This document shows, one piece after another, positions 39,301 through 52,666 of a stretch of DNA of 64,000 bases. The DNA is from Callorhinchus milii (taxonomy: Eukaryota). The stretch's first letter is position 1. Each line of letters starts with the position of its first letter. The notes beneath the pieces were generated by a model. The model was not told where the DNA came from. It ran no database searches and saw only the letters and a program-made list of their open reading frames with translations. The stretch lies in NCBI RefSeq assembly GCF_018977255.1, contig NW_024704743.1:25918001-25982000 (forward strand), written 5' to 3'. The position numbers and the translations under genes were made by a program.

Positions 39301-39982
39301 CTACAGTGCTTTCTTTTCCATAAAAGATTACAAAATGTTCAACAGCTGGAATATTTGTGGTGCACCAAAAATATAGTGGCCTCCACATTGCATTGTAAAC
39401 AGATTTGTGAAACTTAACCGGTTGCTTTTATACTTGTACTTATTATTGCATGCAACTTCTATGTTCTTTAATTAAGCACGGATATATTGCCAAATAAATG
39501 TTTCATATACTAAATACTATATAATATATATACTAAATATAATAATTTTGCCCACAAAATCAATTCACTTTTCAATATATTCTGTGAAGCAATTTAAGAT
39601 GTCTCAACGATGTGATAAGTCACTATATTAAATGATTATTATTATTGTTGTGAAGCCCAGAGTACTTTCCTCACTTCTGATATTTGGCAAACTGGGCAAT
39701 AATGTTCAGTTTAATGTCTCACTCTACGTTTGACTATAAGGATAACATTCCTCCAGTGCTTAGCTAAGTCTCTTGAATTTATTGAACTCCTAAATCTACT
39801 GACCCAAGCCTCACCTAATTCCTTTCTCATTTCCTTCAAGATTTCAGTGTGTATATCATCTGTTGCAGATGCCCTGTATAAATTTAATTCCTTCAGTATT
39901 AACTGACATTCACATATGTTATGGATTCTTCAGCTGCGATGAACAGATCTAGAATCTGCTGTTTCATTTCTGAAGGCTGAAA

Positions 39983-40150
39983 TTGGTCACTCAATCCATA
40001 ACTGTTTGTGGGACACTGCTATGTGCAATTGGCTGCCACATTTCGCCCACAAAATACAGTCAATTCACTTTACAGTATACTCTGTGAATGCTTTGAAACG
40101 TCCCAATAACATGATAAGGCACTATATCAAATGATAGGATGATTATTAAT
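39983..40150 (+). mobile_element. tRNA-derived SINE 3' half
   Basis: ATTGGTCACTCAATCCA ... GCACTATATCAAATG. Confidence 0.8.
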
Positions 40151-40839
40151 ATTCAATATCACTGTCATTTTCCAAACCTCTATAATATTCATATTACAAT
40201 TATGGACAATTGTCATATTACAAAATCTGGCTTTCTATCTCATGTCTACACTTACACCCAAACCCACTCTCATTTTCATGTTTGCTAACAGATACTCTGT
40301 GAAATTTGAAAATAATTTAAGCTCATGGAATGAATTTCTCACTAGCTATTAGATACAGATACATACCCCTTCATCTTGCGTGTGTCTGTTTCTTGTTTCA
40401 TTACTGGATTACTTATTGATTGTTTATCTGTGAACATCTGCTCAAATGGGCTAGATTTTATTGAAATCTATTTATGTACCTTATATGTGTACCTTGGTCA
40501 CATCAGCAGATGTTATAATATTAAACAAAATAGTTTCATCTAGTCATTGGTGAAGAGGATGAATAGCAGGAGGCCAAAGATAGATCTTTATGGAATCCTG
40601 ACTTTCACTACTCCTGAGACAGTTTGGTTTTCAACATTGATTTATCATCTTCTGCTTCCTATTGATAGACCAGGTTTCAGTCCAGCTAGCCAAAAAGCCA
40701 TTTATTTCAAAATATTAAAACCCACATGTGATATTTGAACAAATCCTTCTGAGAATTCTCATCTCATCCTACTCCTCCCTCCCTCCCTCCCAAAAAACAG
40801 ACAAAGTCATTGTCCTCAAAGTGTTACATGACAAAAAAA

Positions 40840-41012
40840 TAATAATTTGATCACTCAATCCACGACTGTTTGTGGAACACTGCTGTGTGCAATTGGCCAT
40901 GGCATTTCTCCCATACAAATATACAGTCAATTCACTTTACATTATTTTCTGTGAAGCGCTTTGAGATGTCTCAAAGACATGAGATAAAATGCTATATCAA
41001 ATGCACGGATTA
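40840..41012 (+). mobile_element. tRNA-derived SINE 3' half
   Basis: TGATCACTCAATCCACGACTGTTTGTGG ... tail, abutting an L2 tail. Confidence 0.8.
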
Positions 41013-42120
41013 CAACAACAAGAAGATTACATTTGTATAGCGCCTTTCACATTGGGAAGACCTCCCAAGGCACTGGACAGTGTACAGCATTTCAGACCCG
41101 AGCTGGGGTCAGGGAGGGAGAAGGGAGGGGAAAGGTGGGTGGCCGATGATTCGGTCGAAGAGGAGGGTTTTGAGGTGGGACTTGAAGGAGGCTAAGGAGG
41201 GCGTGAGGCGGAGTGATTGGGGGATGGAATTCCAGAGGTTGGGAGCAGAGTGGCTGAAGGCTCTCCCGCCAATGGTGAGGTGGGTGGGTCGGGGGATGTG
41301 GAGCAGCCCGGAGCTGGCTGAGTTGAGGGAGGGAGCGGGCGGATTGGTAGGGGGCTAGGAGGTCACAGAGGTAGGGTGGGGCGAGGCCATGGAGGGTTTT
41401 GTAGATGAGGATGAGGATCTTGAAATGGATCCTCTGAAGGATAGGGAACCAATGGAGTCGGGCGAGAATGGGGGAGATGGGGCCACGGAGTTTGGTGCGG
41501 GAGAGGACACGGGCTGCAGAGTTCTAGATTATCTGCATCCTGTGGAGGGAGCAGTTGGGGAGGTTGACACGCAGGGCATTTGCACAGTTAAGCCTGGAGG
41601 TGATGAAGGCAACAAGAGTTTCAGCGTCCTGAGGGGTGAGGTAGTGGCGAAGTCGGGCAATGTTACAGAAGTGAGAGAAGGCAGAGCGGGTCATGGCTTG
41701 GATGTGGGTGAGAAAGACAGTTGAGGGTTGAACAAGACACCTAGGTTCCTGATGGCTTGGTAAGTTGAAGTGTGCAACCATGGAGGTTGATGCTGCCAGA
41801 GCCTGAGGTGCAGAGGCGCTGGCGTGAGCCAATCAGAAGGGCCTCAGTCTTGTTCACATTCAACTGTAGGAAATTTACCCTCATCCAGGACTTGATGTAC
41901 GACAGGGAGTCTGTCAGGACAGCAATGGTCCTGGAGTTGAGAGTGGAGGCAGAAAGATAGAGTTGGGTGTCATCCGCATATATATGGAAGTTGACCCCAT
42001 GTCTGTGGATGATGTCACCAAGGGGGAGCATGTAGGTATTAAAGAGGAGAGGGCCAAGGACAGAGCCCTGGGGGACGCCAGACGTGACAGTGCGGGGGCT
42101 GGAGGAGAAACCGTTAGAGA
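41012..42120 (-). mobile_element. L2 LINE fragment with RT core
   Basis: [23 protein letters not shown] ... YADDTQLY ... [12 protein letters not shown]; 3' tail. Confidence 0.95.
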
Positions 42121-42314
42121 AACCGTTAGTATTATTATCTGCCAGTTTGGCTACTAACACTACGGACCTGAAATTTTGGACTTCACCATTAAATACAATG
42201 ATCTGGAAGCTGCCTCTGGCCCATTTTACTGTGATAAATATTAAATAGACCATAGATGTGACCCCTGATTGTCCTAGTTGGTTGTACCCACATTTGCTCT
42301 AGAATGTAATAAGG

Positions 42315-42570
42315 GTGAGTGGGAAAGGCAATGGGTTAACACACTGCTTTATCACCACTGGGATCTGGGCTGAAACCAACCTAGACCAATGGACTCGAGG
42401 TCCCTTCTCCACTAGCTGTTGTATAGGTTGTCCTCTATGAAATGATTAAAAACGGTCAACATATTTCCTACTATTCATTCATCTCCAGCACAGAACTATC
42501 CACAAATTGGCTATAAATTTGGCTATAAAATCCACAGTGACTATAAAGAGGATTCTCTAATGTATAGGGC
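42315..42570 (+). mobile_element. LF-SINE-like relic
   Basis: Colinear similarity, recalled from memory, to LF-SINE blocks: GCTTTATCACCACTGGG..., CCTCTATGAAATGA, CCACAAATTGGCTATAAATTTGGC. Confidence 0.5.
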
Positions 42571-42594
42571 ATGTTCTTCTAAAAGCTACAAATT

Positions 42595-42850
42595 CCATTT
42601 ATGTAGTGCCTTCCGAGTCGGGAGGACACCCCAAGGCACTGGAAAGTGAAGGGTTTCCACCCAAGCTGAGGGTTGGAATCAAGAGAGCAAGGGGAATGGA
42701 GGTGACCGAAGGCATGGTTGAAGAAGGTGGTCTTGAGATGGACCTTGAAGGAACCAAGGACCCAGGGCGAGGTGGAGGGACTTTGGGATGGAGTTCCAGA
42801 GGATGGGGGCAGAAAGGCTGAAAGCCAGAATGCCGGTGGTGGAGTGAGCA
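42595..42850 (-). mobile_element. L2 LINE 3' fragment
   Basis: GCTTTCAGCC ... CTCTGGAACTCCATCCC ... TTCAAGGTCCATCTCAAGACC and tail. Confidence 0.85.
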
Positions 42851-43929
42851 GGGCAGGGGTTGCATTTGAGTCACATTGAGTTCAGAGCAGAGGGAGCTTA
42901 ACTCCACATATGACTTGGGTGCATTTGATAGTGACACACTGGGTACCAAAAGAGGAGAAACATTACATGCCACTGACATTTTTCACCTCCATTATAAGCA
43001 GCAGTCTACCGAGAGGCCAAAACAAACAAGAAAACAATAGTTTTATTAAAAAAATGTGTGAAACATACTTGCTTTTTGCCATAAATTTGGCAAAGCAACA
43101 ATTACAATCCATAACAGCATTGTTGTCTTGTGGTTGAAATCAGAACAACCATAAACATATTGTAGTTCATGTTTCCTAGTGAAAAATAACAGCTGCAAAA
43201 GAACAAATAGCAATCAAAAAACACTTATTCATTCATTGTGGTGCCTTAAAGTTACATCAATCGGAATTTTTTGTTCCCTTTTTGATTGTTTCCTTACAGC
43301 TGCTTTACAGCTGGCATGAGAACAGAAGTCGAAATGACTTCCAGGTTCCAAATTATTTTGTGGAAACATGTTTTTCAGAGCTTCGTCACTCCCACTTGGG
43401 GACTGACTTCATTTCTCATGGCTACAGCTGGGCTCTGTCCAATAAGCGCTAATCATTTAACTGCAGTTTAGATTAAGGGAGAGAGCAATAAATAATTAGT
43501 ATGATCATGTTCAGAAGGATCCCCCCCCCCTTCATTTTATGCCACATTGTTTGCTTTGGGGAATTAGTTAGGAATGTTCCTTAATAAAACACACCCAAAA
43601 AATCAAACCAAACTAATGTTCAGTGGAAACATCAAAGGGATGGGTAAGTTGATTCCTTCCAATGGTTTTGCCAGCTTGACACAGTTTATTAGTTTTCACA
43701 TCATTCCTAATAAGATAGCTTTATGTGGCATGACAAATAACACGCTTGCAGGCACCTATGGGATGCCCACTGACAACAAACTTTTAAAGTAAGGATGAGA
43801 ATACATTATCAACATGATTCACTTACCCCTTGTATGTCCCACAGGGTTTGTATTAATAGACTTCTAGCATGCCAGGATACTCCTTTGTTGCAAAGGTGGT
43901 TCTAATCCTACGTTTCCCACCATCTGAAG

Positions 43930-45048
43930 TTCGTGGCCACCAACGGCTTCTCGTCTAGCCCCCGCATTGTCATGTGTGGTGTCCCTCAGGGGTCTCTCCT
44001 CGGTCCCCTCCTCTTCAATCTATATGTGCTCCCGCTTGGCGATGTCATCTGTAGGCATGGGATGAATTTCCACATGTACGCAGATGACACCCAACTCTAT
44101 CTCGCTGCCTCTACCCCTGGCCTCCAGGCCTGTTGATGTCCTGAATAATTATCTGTCTAACATCAAGTCCAGGATGAGAGCCAACTTCCTCCAGCTCAAT
44201 GTTGGCAAGACAGAGGCCCTCCTGCTTGGCTCCTGGCAGCGCCTCCTCACTTCCGCCACTAATACTATTACCATTCATGGCTGCACTCTTCGCCTCACTG
44301 AGCCAATCCGAAACCTCCAATGTCCTTTCGACCCTCAGCTATCCTTCAAACCCCACATTCGTGCCATAACCCATTCCACTTTTCCCCACCTCTGCAACAT
44401 TGCCCGCCTCCGCCACTGCCTCTCACCGCAGGCCACCAAGACCCTGATTCACGCTTTCATTACGTCCCGGCTTGTCTATGCTAACTGCCTGCTCACTGGA
44501 CTTCCCAACTTTTCCCTCCACAAGCTGCAGGTTATTCAGAAGTCTATAGCTTGTGTCCTCTCCCACACTGGGCTCTGAGAACCTATCACCCCCCGTTCTT
44601 GCCCGGCTTCACTGGCACCCCATTCCTCAGAGAATCGAGTACAAAACCCTCCTTACCTTCAAGGCCCTCCATGGTCTTGCTCCTCCCTACCTCTCCGACC
44701 TCATAACCCCATATCAGCCTGCCTGTTCCCTCCGCTCAGCGGTCACCGACCTGCTTCAGGTCTCCTGCATTTCCTGCCCCAACGTGGTAGGTGGGCAGTT
44801 AGCATTTCTGGAACACTCTGGAACTCTCTCTCACAATCCCTCCACCTTACCCCCTCTCTTGCCTCCTTCAAGCCCCATCTGAAGACCTTCCTCTTCGATC
44901 GTGCCTTCAGCCACCCTCCTACCCACACCCACCCCCTACTTCCCTTCTGACTCGAAATCCCTGCTCTGGTCCAAAACCCCTGATTGTCCAGCGCCCTGGG
45001 ACATCTTTCTGACGTAAAGGGCCCTATACAAGTGTAATTTGTTGTTCC
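43930..45048 (+). mobile_element. L2 LINE fragment with RT core
   Basis: [22 protein letters not shown] ... YADDTQLY ... KTLIHAFITSRLVYANCLL ... LARLHW; tail. Confidence 0.95.
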
Positions 45049-45340
45049 TGTGAAAGTACTTATACTTGGGATGAGATTATACTTTTGTAACAAAGTGTTA
45101 TTTTGGACTCGGTGCTTGGCTCAGTGTTAAAGTTGGCCTTCAGGATTCCCAAAGTCATCGTGTATCATTTCAGGTCTCAAGTAGGGTAGAAACGGAATGT
45201 GAAAAGCCACAGCAGGGTCCAGTGACCCTGACACCCTGGACAGCTGTTGGAAAAATTGTTTGGCCTTATAAATACAATGTAATACAAATTTACATGTATA
45301 CAGTTCCTTTCACATCAGGAGGCTGTCCCAAGGTGCTGAA

Positions 45341-45648
45341 TATTATAATAATAATCCATGCATTTGATATAGAGCATTTCACATCTTCTAGACATTTCAA
45401 AGCGCTTCACAGAATATACTGTAAAGTGAATTTGTGGGCGAAACACGGCAGCCAATTGCGCATGGCAGTGTCCCACAAACTGTCGTGGATTGAAGTGGCC
45501 AATTTTATTATTATTTTTCTTTCTTGAGGGATTATTGTCAGGCGTGTGGAGTAAGGAAACTTGCCCAAGGTTTCGCCCTACCGGGAATCAAACCCAGGTT
45601 TTTCGCTTGCAAGGGGAGTGCTCTAGCCACTGAGCTACAGGACTCCAC
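45341..45648 (-). mobile_element. tRNA-derived SINE, short subfamily, inserted in an L2 3' end
   Basis: Head and tail on the reverse strand; L2 tail at ~45285-45340 and L2 body at ~45650-45935 flank it. Confidence 0.85.
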
Positions 45649-46207
45649 AAATAGTCCAGGGTTTGCACTTGAGCTGGGGGTGGGGGCAGGAAGATGGGGC
45701 AATGAGGACGGCTGAAAGCATAGCTAAAGAGGAAGGTGCTGAGGAGGATTTTGAAGGAGCTGAGGGAAGAGCTGAGTCGAATTGACCCTGGGATGGAGTT
45801 CAAGAGAGCAGAAGCAGAGAGCCTCACTCCTGATGTTTGGGAGGACAGGACACGGATGTGAAGCAGGGATGTGGTGCCTGCTGAGCAGAGTGAGTGTCCT
45901 GGTTTGTAGTGTTTGAGGAGGTCACAGAGGCAGGTGCTTTTTCCAATACAAGGTGCCATTTTACTCTGCCGTTTGCCAAACAAGTGTTTTTTAAACTCAT
46001 ATTTAAAGTCAATGACCCATCCGAATCAAGGGTAATAATGTCAAAACTCACTAATGTCTGCTTAACCACACCAAGGCTGAGATATTAGAGGTAAAGTCGT
46101 ATTATTTTGGCTATATTCAATTGCACTTGTGTGCACATCATTACCAGCAGCCCAATGTTTCCTCGGTATGTATTTAATTGACAGCAAGATTGAGAGATTG
46201 TTCCTGT

Positions 46208-46385
46208 GTGCCAGGCTGGTTCAGTTGGTAGCCCTCTCTCTTCTCAGTCAGAAGGTTGTGGGTTCAAGCCCTATGTCAGGATTGACACTTCAATGTGCAA
46301 TGCTGGAAGTGTATTGCATTGTTGAAGCTGCCTTAGACTAAACTAACGTCCTGTCCTGTTATAGATCCCATGGCACTATTCGCAA
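46208..46385 (+). mobile_element. Deu-SINE 5' part
   Basis: TGGTTCAGTTGGTAG ... GTCAGAAGGTTGTGGGTTCAAGCCC ... AGATCCCATGGCACTATT. Confidence 0.7.
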
Positions 46386-46834
46386 AGGAAATAGTCTACT
46401 GTAGTCACTGCAACCTGTCTGATTGCTGTTGCAAACTGTTGACCATTTAGAAGCTTTGCAGCTAAACACATAGTCTAAGTTTATTTGTGGCATCTCTGGA
46501 GACAATTCCTCACATTTCGCTCATGGCATATTTTAAGGCCTTTATTTTTGTTACCAGTTGCGGATTTGTGTGAAAATGTCCTGGGACAGTTTTGATCTAT
46601 TCTGAAATAGTCACAAGGGGTTAGATATTGGACAGGAATTGAGAGATCTATGAAGGGCTGATAGAAACATACTGAAATTATCTAGGTCTACAGATATATA
46701 TATATATCATAGTTACTCACAAAACGTTCTATCAACAGCAATAACATAATTGAATAACCTAAGAGATAAACGGCTCAGAAGCTACACAATATTTTGCACT
46801 GGGTAATTGGTATTCATATTCATCGAGAGATCTT

Positions 46835-47180
46835 AATAATAATCCTTGCATTTGGTGCAGCACCTTTCACATCAGGAAGATCTTTCAAAGTGCTTTGTAG
46901 GATGTACTACAAAGTGTAATGACTGTGTGTTTTGTGGGAAATGTGGCAGCAAAGTTGCACACAGCAGTATCCCACAAACAATGTGAAGTGAATGACCAAC
47001 CTTATCTGGGGGAATGTTGGCCAGGACACCATAAGAAACTCCCTTCTCTTCTCAAATAGTGCCATGGGATTTTTCATGCCCACCTGAACAGGCAGATGGG
47101 GACTTGGTTTAACGTCTCATCCAAAGGATGACAACTCCAATAATGCAGCATGACCCCAACACTGCTTTGAAGTGCCTTGC
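46835..47180 (-). mobile_element. SacSINE1-like Deu-SINE (5' truncated)
   Basis: Reverse strand has GGATGAGACGTTAAACCAAG ... CCCATGGCACTATTTG ... GGTGTCCTGGCCAAC. Confidence 0.85.
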
Positions 47181-50100
47181 ACAGTATTCACAAATTCCAC
47201 ATCATGGATTGTTATTTCATGTGCACTATCATATTGTGGATTAATGAAATGAAAATTCTGCATCCTTCAGAATTTCCTTTCTATGGTCTCCGCTGCTGCT
47301 ATTGAAATGAACAAGACATTGAAACTTACCTGCATAACAACGTTTTATTTTATTTCTAATCAGTTCTATCTTGCAAAGTGCTTTGAGGCATTTATTTTAC
47401 ATGATGGATGTATAATGAAAGAATTTCCTGCTGTTCAGTTCTCACATTTAAGATGGCTAACCCTCCCTTTCCAGTCAGCCAGCAGGAACCTGCAAACCAA
47501 TACAAAAGACAGCAATGGACTGATGGCCCTGTGGTCAAATAGCTTGTTGTCAATCATTGCCTGGACTCAGACATGATGTACGGCTACAAGGGGAGACATT
47601 GGCAACTGATCGGTTCCGGCTTGAGCCACCAGGTTCAGTAGAAAGAAAAAACTGTAAAGGGCTTGGATTTTCATAGCGCCTCCAATGTGGAAGTGTTTCA
47701 CAGTAATTACTGCCATGTACAGTGCCTGTTTTTTTTGTAGCCAAATAAACATAAGAACATGAGAACATACTAGGCAAAAGAAGACCAAGGTCCATCCAGT
47801 TCGGCTTCCACCATCCTGGCAGTCGCTTGGCATGTTGTGTCCCAAATCATATATTGTATCCCGAGATATTATTTTCGAACAGAAACTTACCTCGTTTGTT
47901 CTTGTAACAAATAAACTTTCTGCTAACAAACAACACTTCCTGCTTGAAAATGAGAAAAGGAAGGGGAGAGATTGGAGGGAAATAAAACAATGGCTTTGTG
48001 CAAATATTGTGTTCTCTCAGCAGAGCAAGATAACTGTGTGGTGACTGCAACTATTTTGCGTTGGTAGTAAATCCATAACTTCACCACTGCTCCTCCCCCG
48101 CCCCCCACTGATAAATCCCAGCAAGTAAATTTTAAACAAAGTTGTTTTCATTACATCTCAAGAGTGAAGATTTGAAAAATAACATACTTCCACAGTTCCC
48201 ATACCACATGTCAGTGCACATTCCTTTTCTGGAAATAAAAATGGTTTGCTTCCCAAAGGCTATACCACTCCTGTCCTAAATATGAAATAATAGTCTCCCC
48301 ACAATGGGAATTGCATATTTAATCAAACCACACAAAGGAAATGAGCCCAGGTTATACTTGTTAGGTCAGAGTTGTGGCTGGAGAATAACCGATGTGCATA
48401 GAGTTCAATATTCAGGTCCTGCTGGAGATGTGTCTTTAAATAAATAAAGCCAAGATTGTTTCTAATAGTTAGATACCCAGGGAGTTCAGCCTTAATAAAA
48501 GATAGGTAGATACTTTGGGAAATAAGAGTATCAATGTATAATATTATTATTGTTAATGTTTAGTGAGAAAAAGTGGAAATATGGGATTAAAGATCTACCT
48601 TCTACCATCTCCACGACCACCCCACCAGTTCCCAGAGCCCCAACCAACCAAAGCGGTCTGCCCATTTTTAACCTTCCATTCAGGGCTTCCTGTGCTCAGT
48701 CCCACTGCTGCAGCTCTGTTACCAATATACACTGTTTGTTTAAGTTTGATATTGCCATCCAGATTTTTAAAGATCTGTAATGGAGTTCTATTGGGGTCTT
48801 CAAAGAATCAACATTTCTTGACATAAATCCATCAAAGCCCTTCAGAAAAGGCAAGAGCAAATCTACTTTCCCTGGAATAAAGATGGTAATCAAACAAGTC
48901 AATATTTGTTGTTGCTCTAAGTATAGAGATTAAAGTTTAAGAGGAGACCCAAAAGAGGCTGTCGAGTTGTTTTAAGCACTGGAGGTTTTAAATGCAATTC
49001 ATTGTTAAAGATTTGGAATGGACCACAGTGGAAATTAGGTTTCAGAGAAATGGAAATATCCTGAGGCTGTGTCTGATTTTCACTTCATTATCCATGACAT
49101 GCATTGCACACCAGAGCCATGTTCCCACTTTTCTAATTCCAACTCTATAAGATCATATATTGGGCCATTCTCACAGGTATTGCGCCAACTCTCTTAAAGA
49201 ATAACTTTTGTTTTGTATCATAGTATATGGAAAGCCCACGTGTTTAAATCTGTTTTCTATTTTCTACAGGCTGCCAACAAATCTTTAACCGTTCAATTGT
49301 GGAAATGGAAATCATGATTATTTCTGACAAATAAACTCCGTGACTTGACTGTGGCTATTCCATGTTAGTAACCAGCTTAACCAAGCCAATCTGACTGAAC
49401 TGACATAAGCAAATGTCAGGGAAGTGCATCAGATAAAGTCACAGAGCAGATACATTTACTCTGTAAGGACAATTGGATACCAATATGTTACAATAATAAT
49501 AATCCTTAAGTTTTTCATAGCACCTATAACTTCAAAATATCTCTAAGTAGTTCACAGGAAATTGCTGTCCAGTGTAATGGGTGCATATTTTTGTCTACAA
49601 AAAATACAGTCAATTCACTTTGCAGTATATTCTGTGAAGTGCTTTGAGACATCAGGAAGATGTGATAAGGCGCTGTAAAGGCACTGTATCAAATGCAAGG
49701 ATTATTACTGTTATTATTAGTAGGCACACTTTTTGTAACTCATCTGGGGCACTGGCTGAGTCATTTATTGCCCATTTTTGGTTGTCCTGAGGTAATGGCA
49801 GTTAGTCTTCCCTTTAAACTGCTTCAGTCCCTTTTTTTAGTCAGTTAGGTTTCTGACACATTGGGATTAAGGTTAGGATTGGTGCCGACCACACTTGGGA
49901 GTACTGTGTCCAATTCTGGTGCCCACACCGCAACAAGGATTTTCTTAGCAAACATTTACTTAATGAAAACCTACCTCCATTCAATGCAAAACTTTGCAAT
50001 CTTCACTTTATTTTTCTTTCGCCAGAACCACCCCAGCTCTCCATCCAGAACATGGTTGGATCCTGCTTACCTTTTACCATGACATGTCCTGTTGGAGCTG

Positions 50101-50404
50101 CTTATCATTGGCTGCGCTTGCTTTATTCAACTGGCCGAGCTGAATATTCCGATATTATTCCAATTGGTCGAGCTGACCATAATTGACAGCCCTCCTCTCC
50201 ATACAATATTGCTGGTGTTTCCATTGTACTGATGTCCAAGTTTTCACCCGTGTTAAACCACAGCATACTTTTAGCAGATACTCAGAAAGCACCAATAAGC
50301 AGATACTCAAGTAAACCGCACACAACAATTAAGACCACTCGCACACTTTGCTTTTTGTCTTACCATTTTACCAACAGATGCACAAAAAGGTCAAATTACA
50401 CATG

Positions 50405-51060
50405 CACAGGAACATAGGAAGAGGAGCAGACCTTTCAGCCCTTTGAGCCTGTTCCGCCATTTAATTAGATCATGGCTGATCTGTACCTCAACTAATCTTT
50501 TCAATTCCAATTTCCCGCTTTCTCCCCATATCCCTTAATACGCTGACCTACCAAAAATCTATCAACCTCACTCTTGAAGGTGTGGATGATTCCAGCATCC
50601 ACGACCTTTTGGGGGAGAGAACTCCAGATTTCTATCACCCTTTGAGTGAAAAAATGCTTCCTGATTTCACTCTTAAATGGTCTGGTTCTAATTTTAAGAC
50701 TATGCCCCCTTGTTTTGGATTCACCCACCAGAGGAAATAGCTTCTCTGTATCATCTTAAATACCTCAATCAAATCACCCCTCAACCTTCTAAACTCAAGG
50801 GAATACAATCCAAATTTTGTGCAGCCTTTTCTTGTAACTTAACCCTTTTAGGCCTGGAAACATTCTGATGAACCTGCGTTGCACCCCCTCCAGGGCCAAT
50901 ATATCTTTCCTGAGGTGTGGTGCCCAAAACTGAATGCAGTACTCCAGATGGGGTCTGACTAATGCTCTGTACAGCTGAAGCATCATTTCTTCCCCTTTGT
51001 ATTCCAGGCCCCTTGAGATAAAAGCCAACATTCCATTCACCTTTTTGATTACTTTATCCA
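50405..51060 (-). mobile_element. CR1 LINE 3' fragment
   Basis: LYRALVRPHLEYCIQFWAPHLRKDILALEGVQRRF, SKTRGHSLKI, FFTQRVIEIWSSLP; 3' UTR ending (TTCCTATG)-like. Confidence 0.93.
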
Positions 51061-51139
51061 TGTGAATGTAAGTATCGAGACCACATACCCAACAAAGGTG
51101 TCCATTGTTCATTTTATATTTACTAATCCAAAATGTAAT

Positions 51140-51206
51140 TTCACCACATCTGGGTTTCCAATTCGCCACATGTGGCTTGTGGCTAACATATTGGACAACC
51201 CTAGAC
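51140..51206 (+). mobile_element. hAT-Charlie (MER3/MER33-like) terminal fragment
   Basis: GCCACATGTGGCTTGTGGCTAACATATTGGACAACCCT resembles the Charlie-type end GCCACATGTGGCTAGTGGCTACCGTATTGGACAG (from memory). Confidence 0.55.
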
Positions 51207-51234
51207 CAGGGCGATCTAAAAGAGAATTTAGGAG

Positions 51235-51540
51235 GAACTAATTCACTCATAGGATCGGAGAATATGGAACTCGCTGCCTTAAATAATGGTTGAATCAGAA
51301 TGCATAGAGGCATTTGAGAGGAAGCTCGACCTTCTGGAAGCTGGAGAAGAGATTAGAGGAACATGGGAGGGAGGTATAAGCACCGGCAAGGACTGGTTGG
51401 GCCAAATGGCCTGTTTCCATATTGTACATTCTTTGTACATGCAAAAAACCATCACCATGCTTTCTAAGAGTTCCACATATGTACATTACCAAGCGATGGG
51501 CCAAATGGCCTTCTTCTGTGCTGTAAGATAAATTTCTATG
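51235..51540 (+). mobile_element. CR1 3' end with a second CR1-type tail
   Basis: ATGGAACTCGCTGCC ... AFERKLD; GGGCCAAATGGCCT occurs twice. Confidence 0.7.
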
Positions 51541-51624
51541 CATGGAAATGTTCTTGCGTCTGGAAGGGAAGGCTTCCTTTCTGTCTGGAGCGATACATTC
51601 TGCTTATCTAATTCTGGAGAGCAT

Positions 51625-51627
<3 letters not shown>
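51538..51627 (-). repeat. Unclassified A-tailed interspersed repeat, copy 4 of 4 (internal fragment)
   Basis: ATGGAAATGTTCTTGCGTCTGGAAGGGAAG ... CTGCTTATCTAATTCTGGAGAGCATTA matches 3370-3456. Confidence 0.6.
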
Positions 51628-52030
<403 letters not shown>

Positions 52031-52112
52031 GAAAAGAGAATTTTAAGTGCAAATTGGAGGAAGTCAAGGCTTGGGGATCAAGCTATAAAAACAATGGAAA
52101 GTTGTCATCTCA

Positions 52113-52666
52113 AGGCTTGATTACGGGAACTCCCTCCGCATAGGCCTTCCCAACTCTTCCCTTCACAAGCTGCAGATCATCCAAAACTCTGCAGCTCATG
52201 TACTCTCACGCACCAGGCTCCGTGACCCCATCACTCTCGCCCGACTCCACTGGCTCCCCATCCCCCAGAGGATTGAGTTCAAGATCCTCGTCCTCACCTT
52301 TAAGGCCATCCATGGCCTTGCCCCCTCCTACCTCTCTGACCTGCTGACTCCCTATCAACCTGCCCACTCCCTCCGTTCATCGGGCTCTGGCCTGATCCAT
52401 GTCTCCCGCCCGACCCACCCTACCATCGGTGGCCGGGCTTTCAGCCTCTCTGCCCCCACACTCTGGAACTCCATCTCAAGGTCTCTTCGCCTCGCTTCCT
52501 CCCTTGCCCCTTCAAGGCCGGTCTCAAGATCCTTCTCTTCGACCGTGCCTTTGGTCTCCCTCCCAACTCTCTGCCTTCCCTCACTCCTACACCTGACTGT
52601 TCAGCACTTTGGGACGTCCCTCCGACGTGAAAGGCGCTCTATAAATGTAATTTTGTTGTTGTTGTT
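52113..52666 (+). mobile_element. L2 LINE 3' fragment
   Basis: Close match to the L2 copy at 3886-4468; (GTT)n tail. Confidence 0.92.

Noticed and set aside
43265..43470. Strong-looking splice acceptor and three CAGCTG E-boxes
   Set aside because: No good donor and no recognisable peptide; the motifs are too short to support a call.
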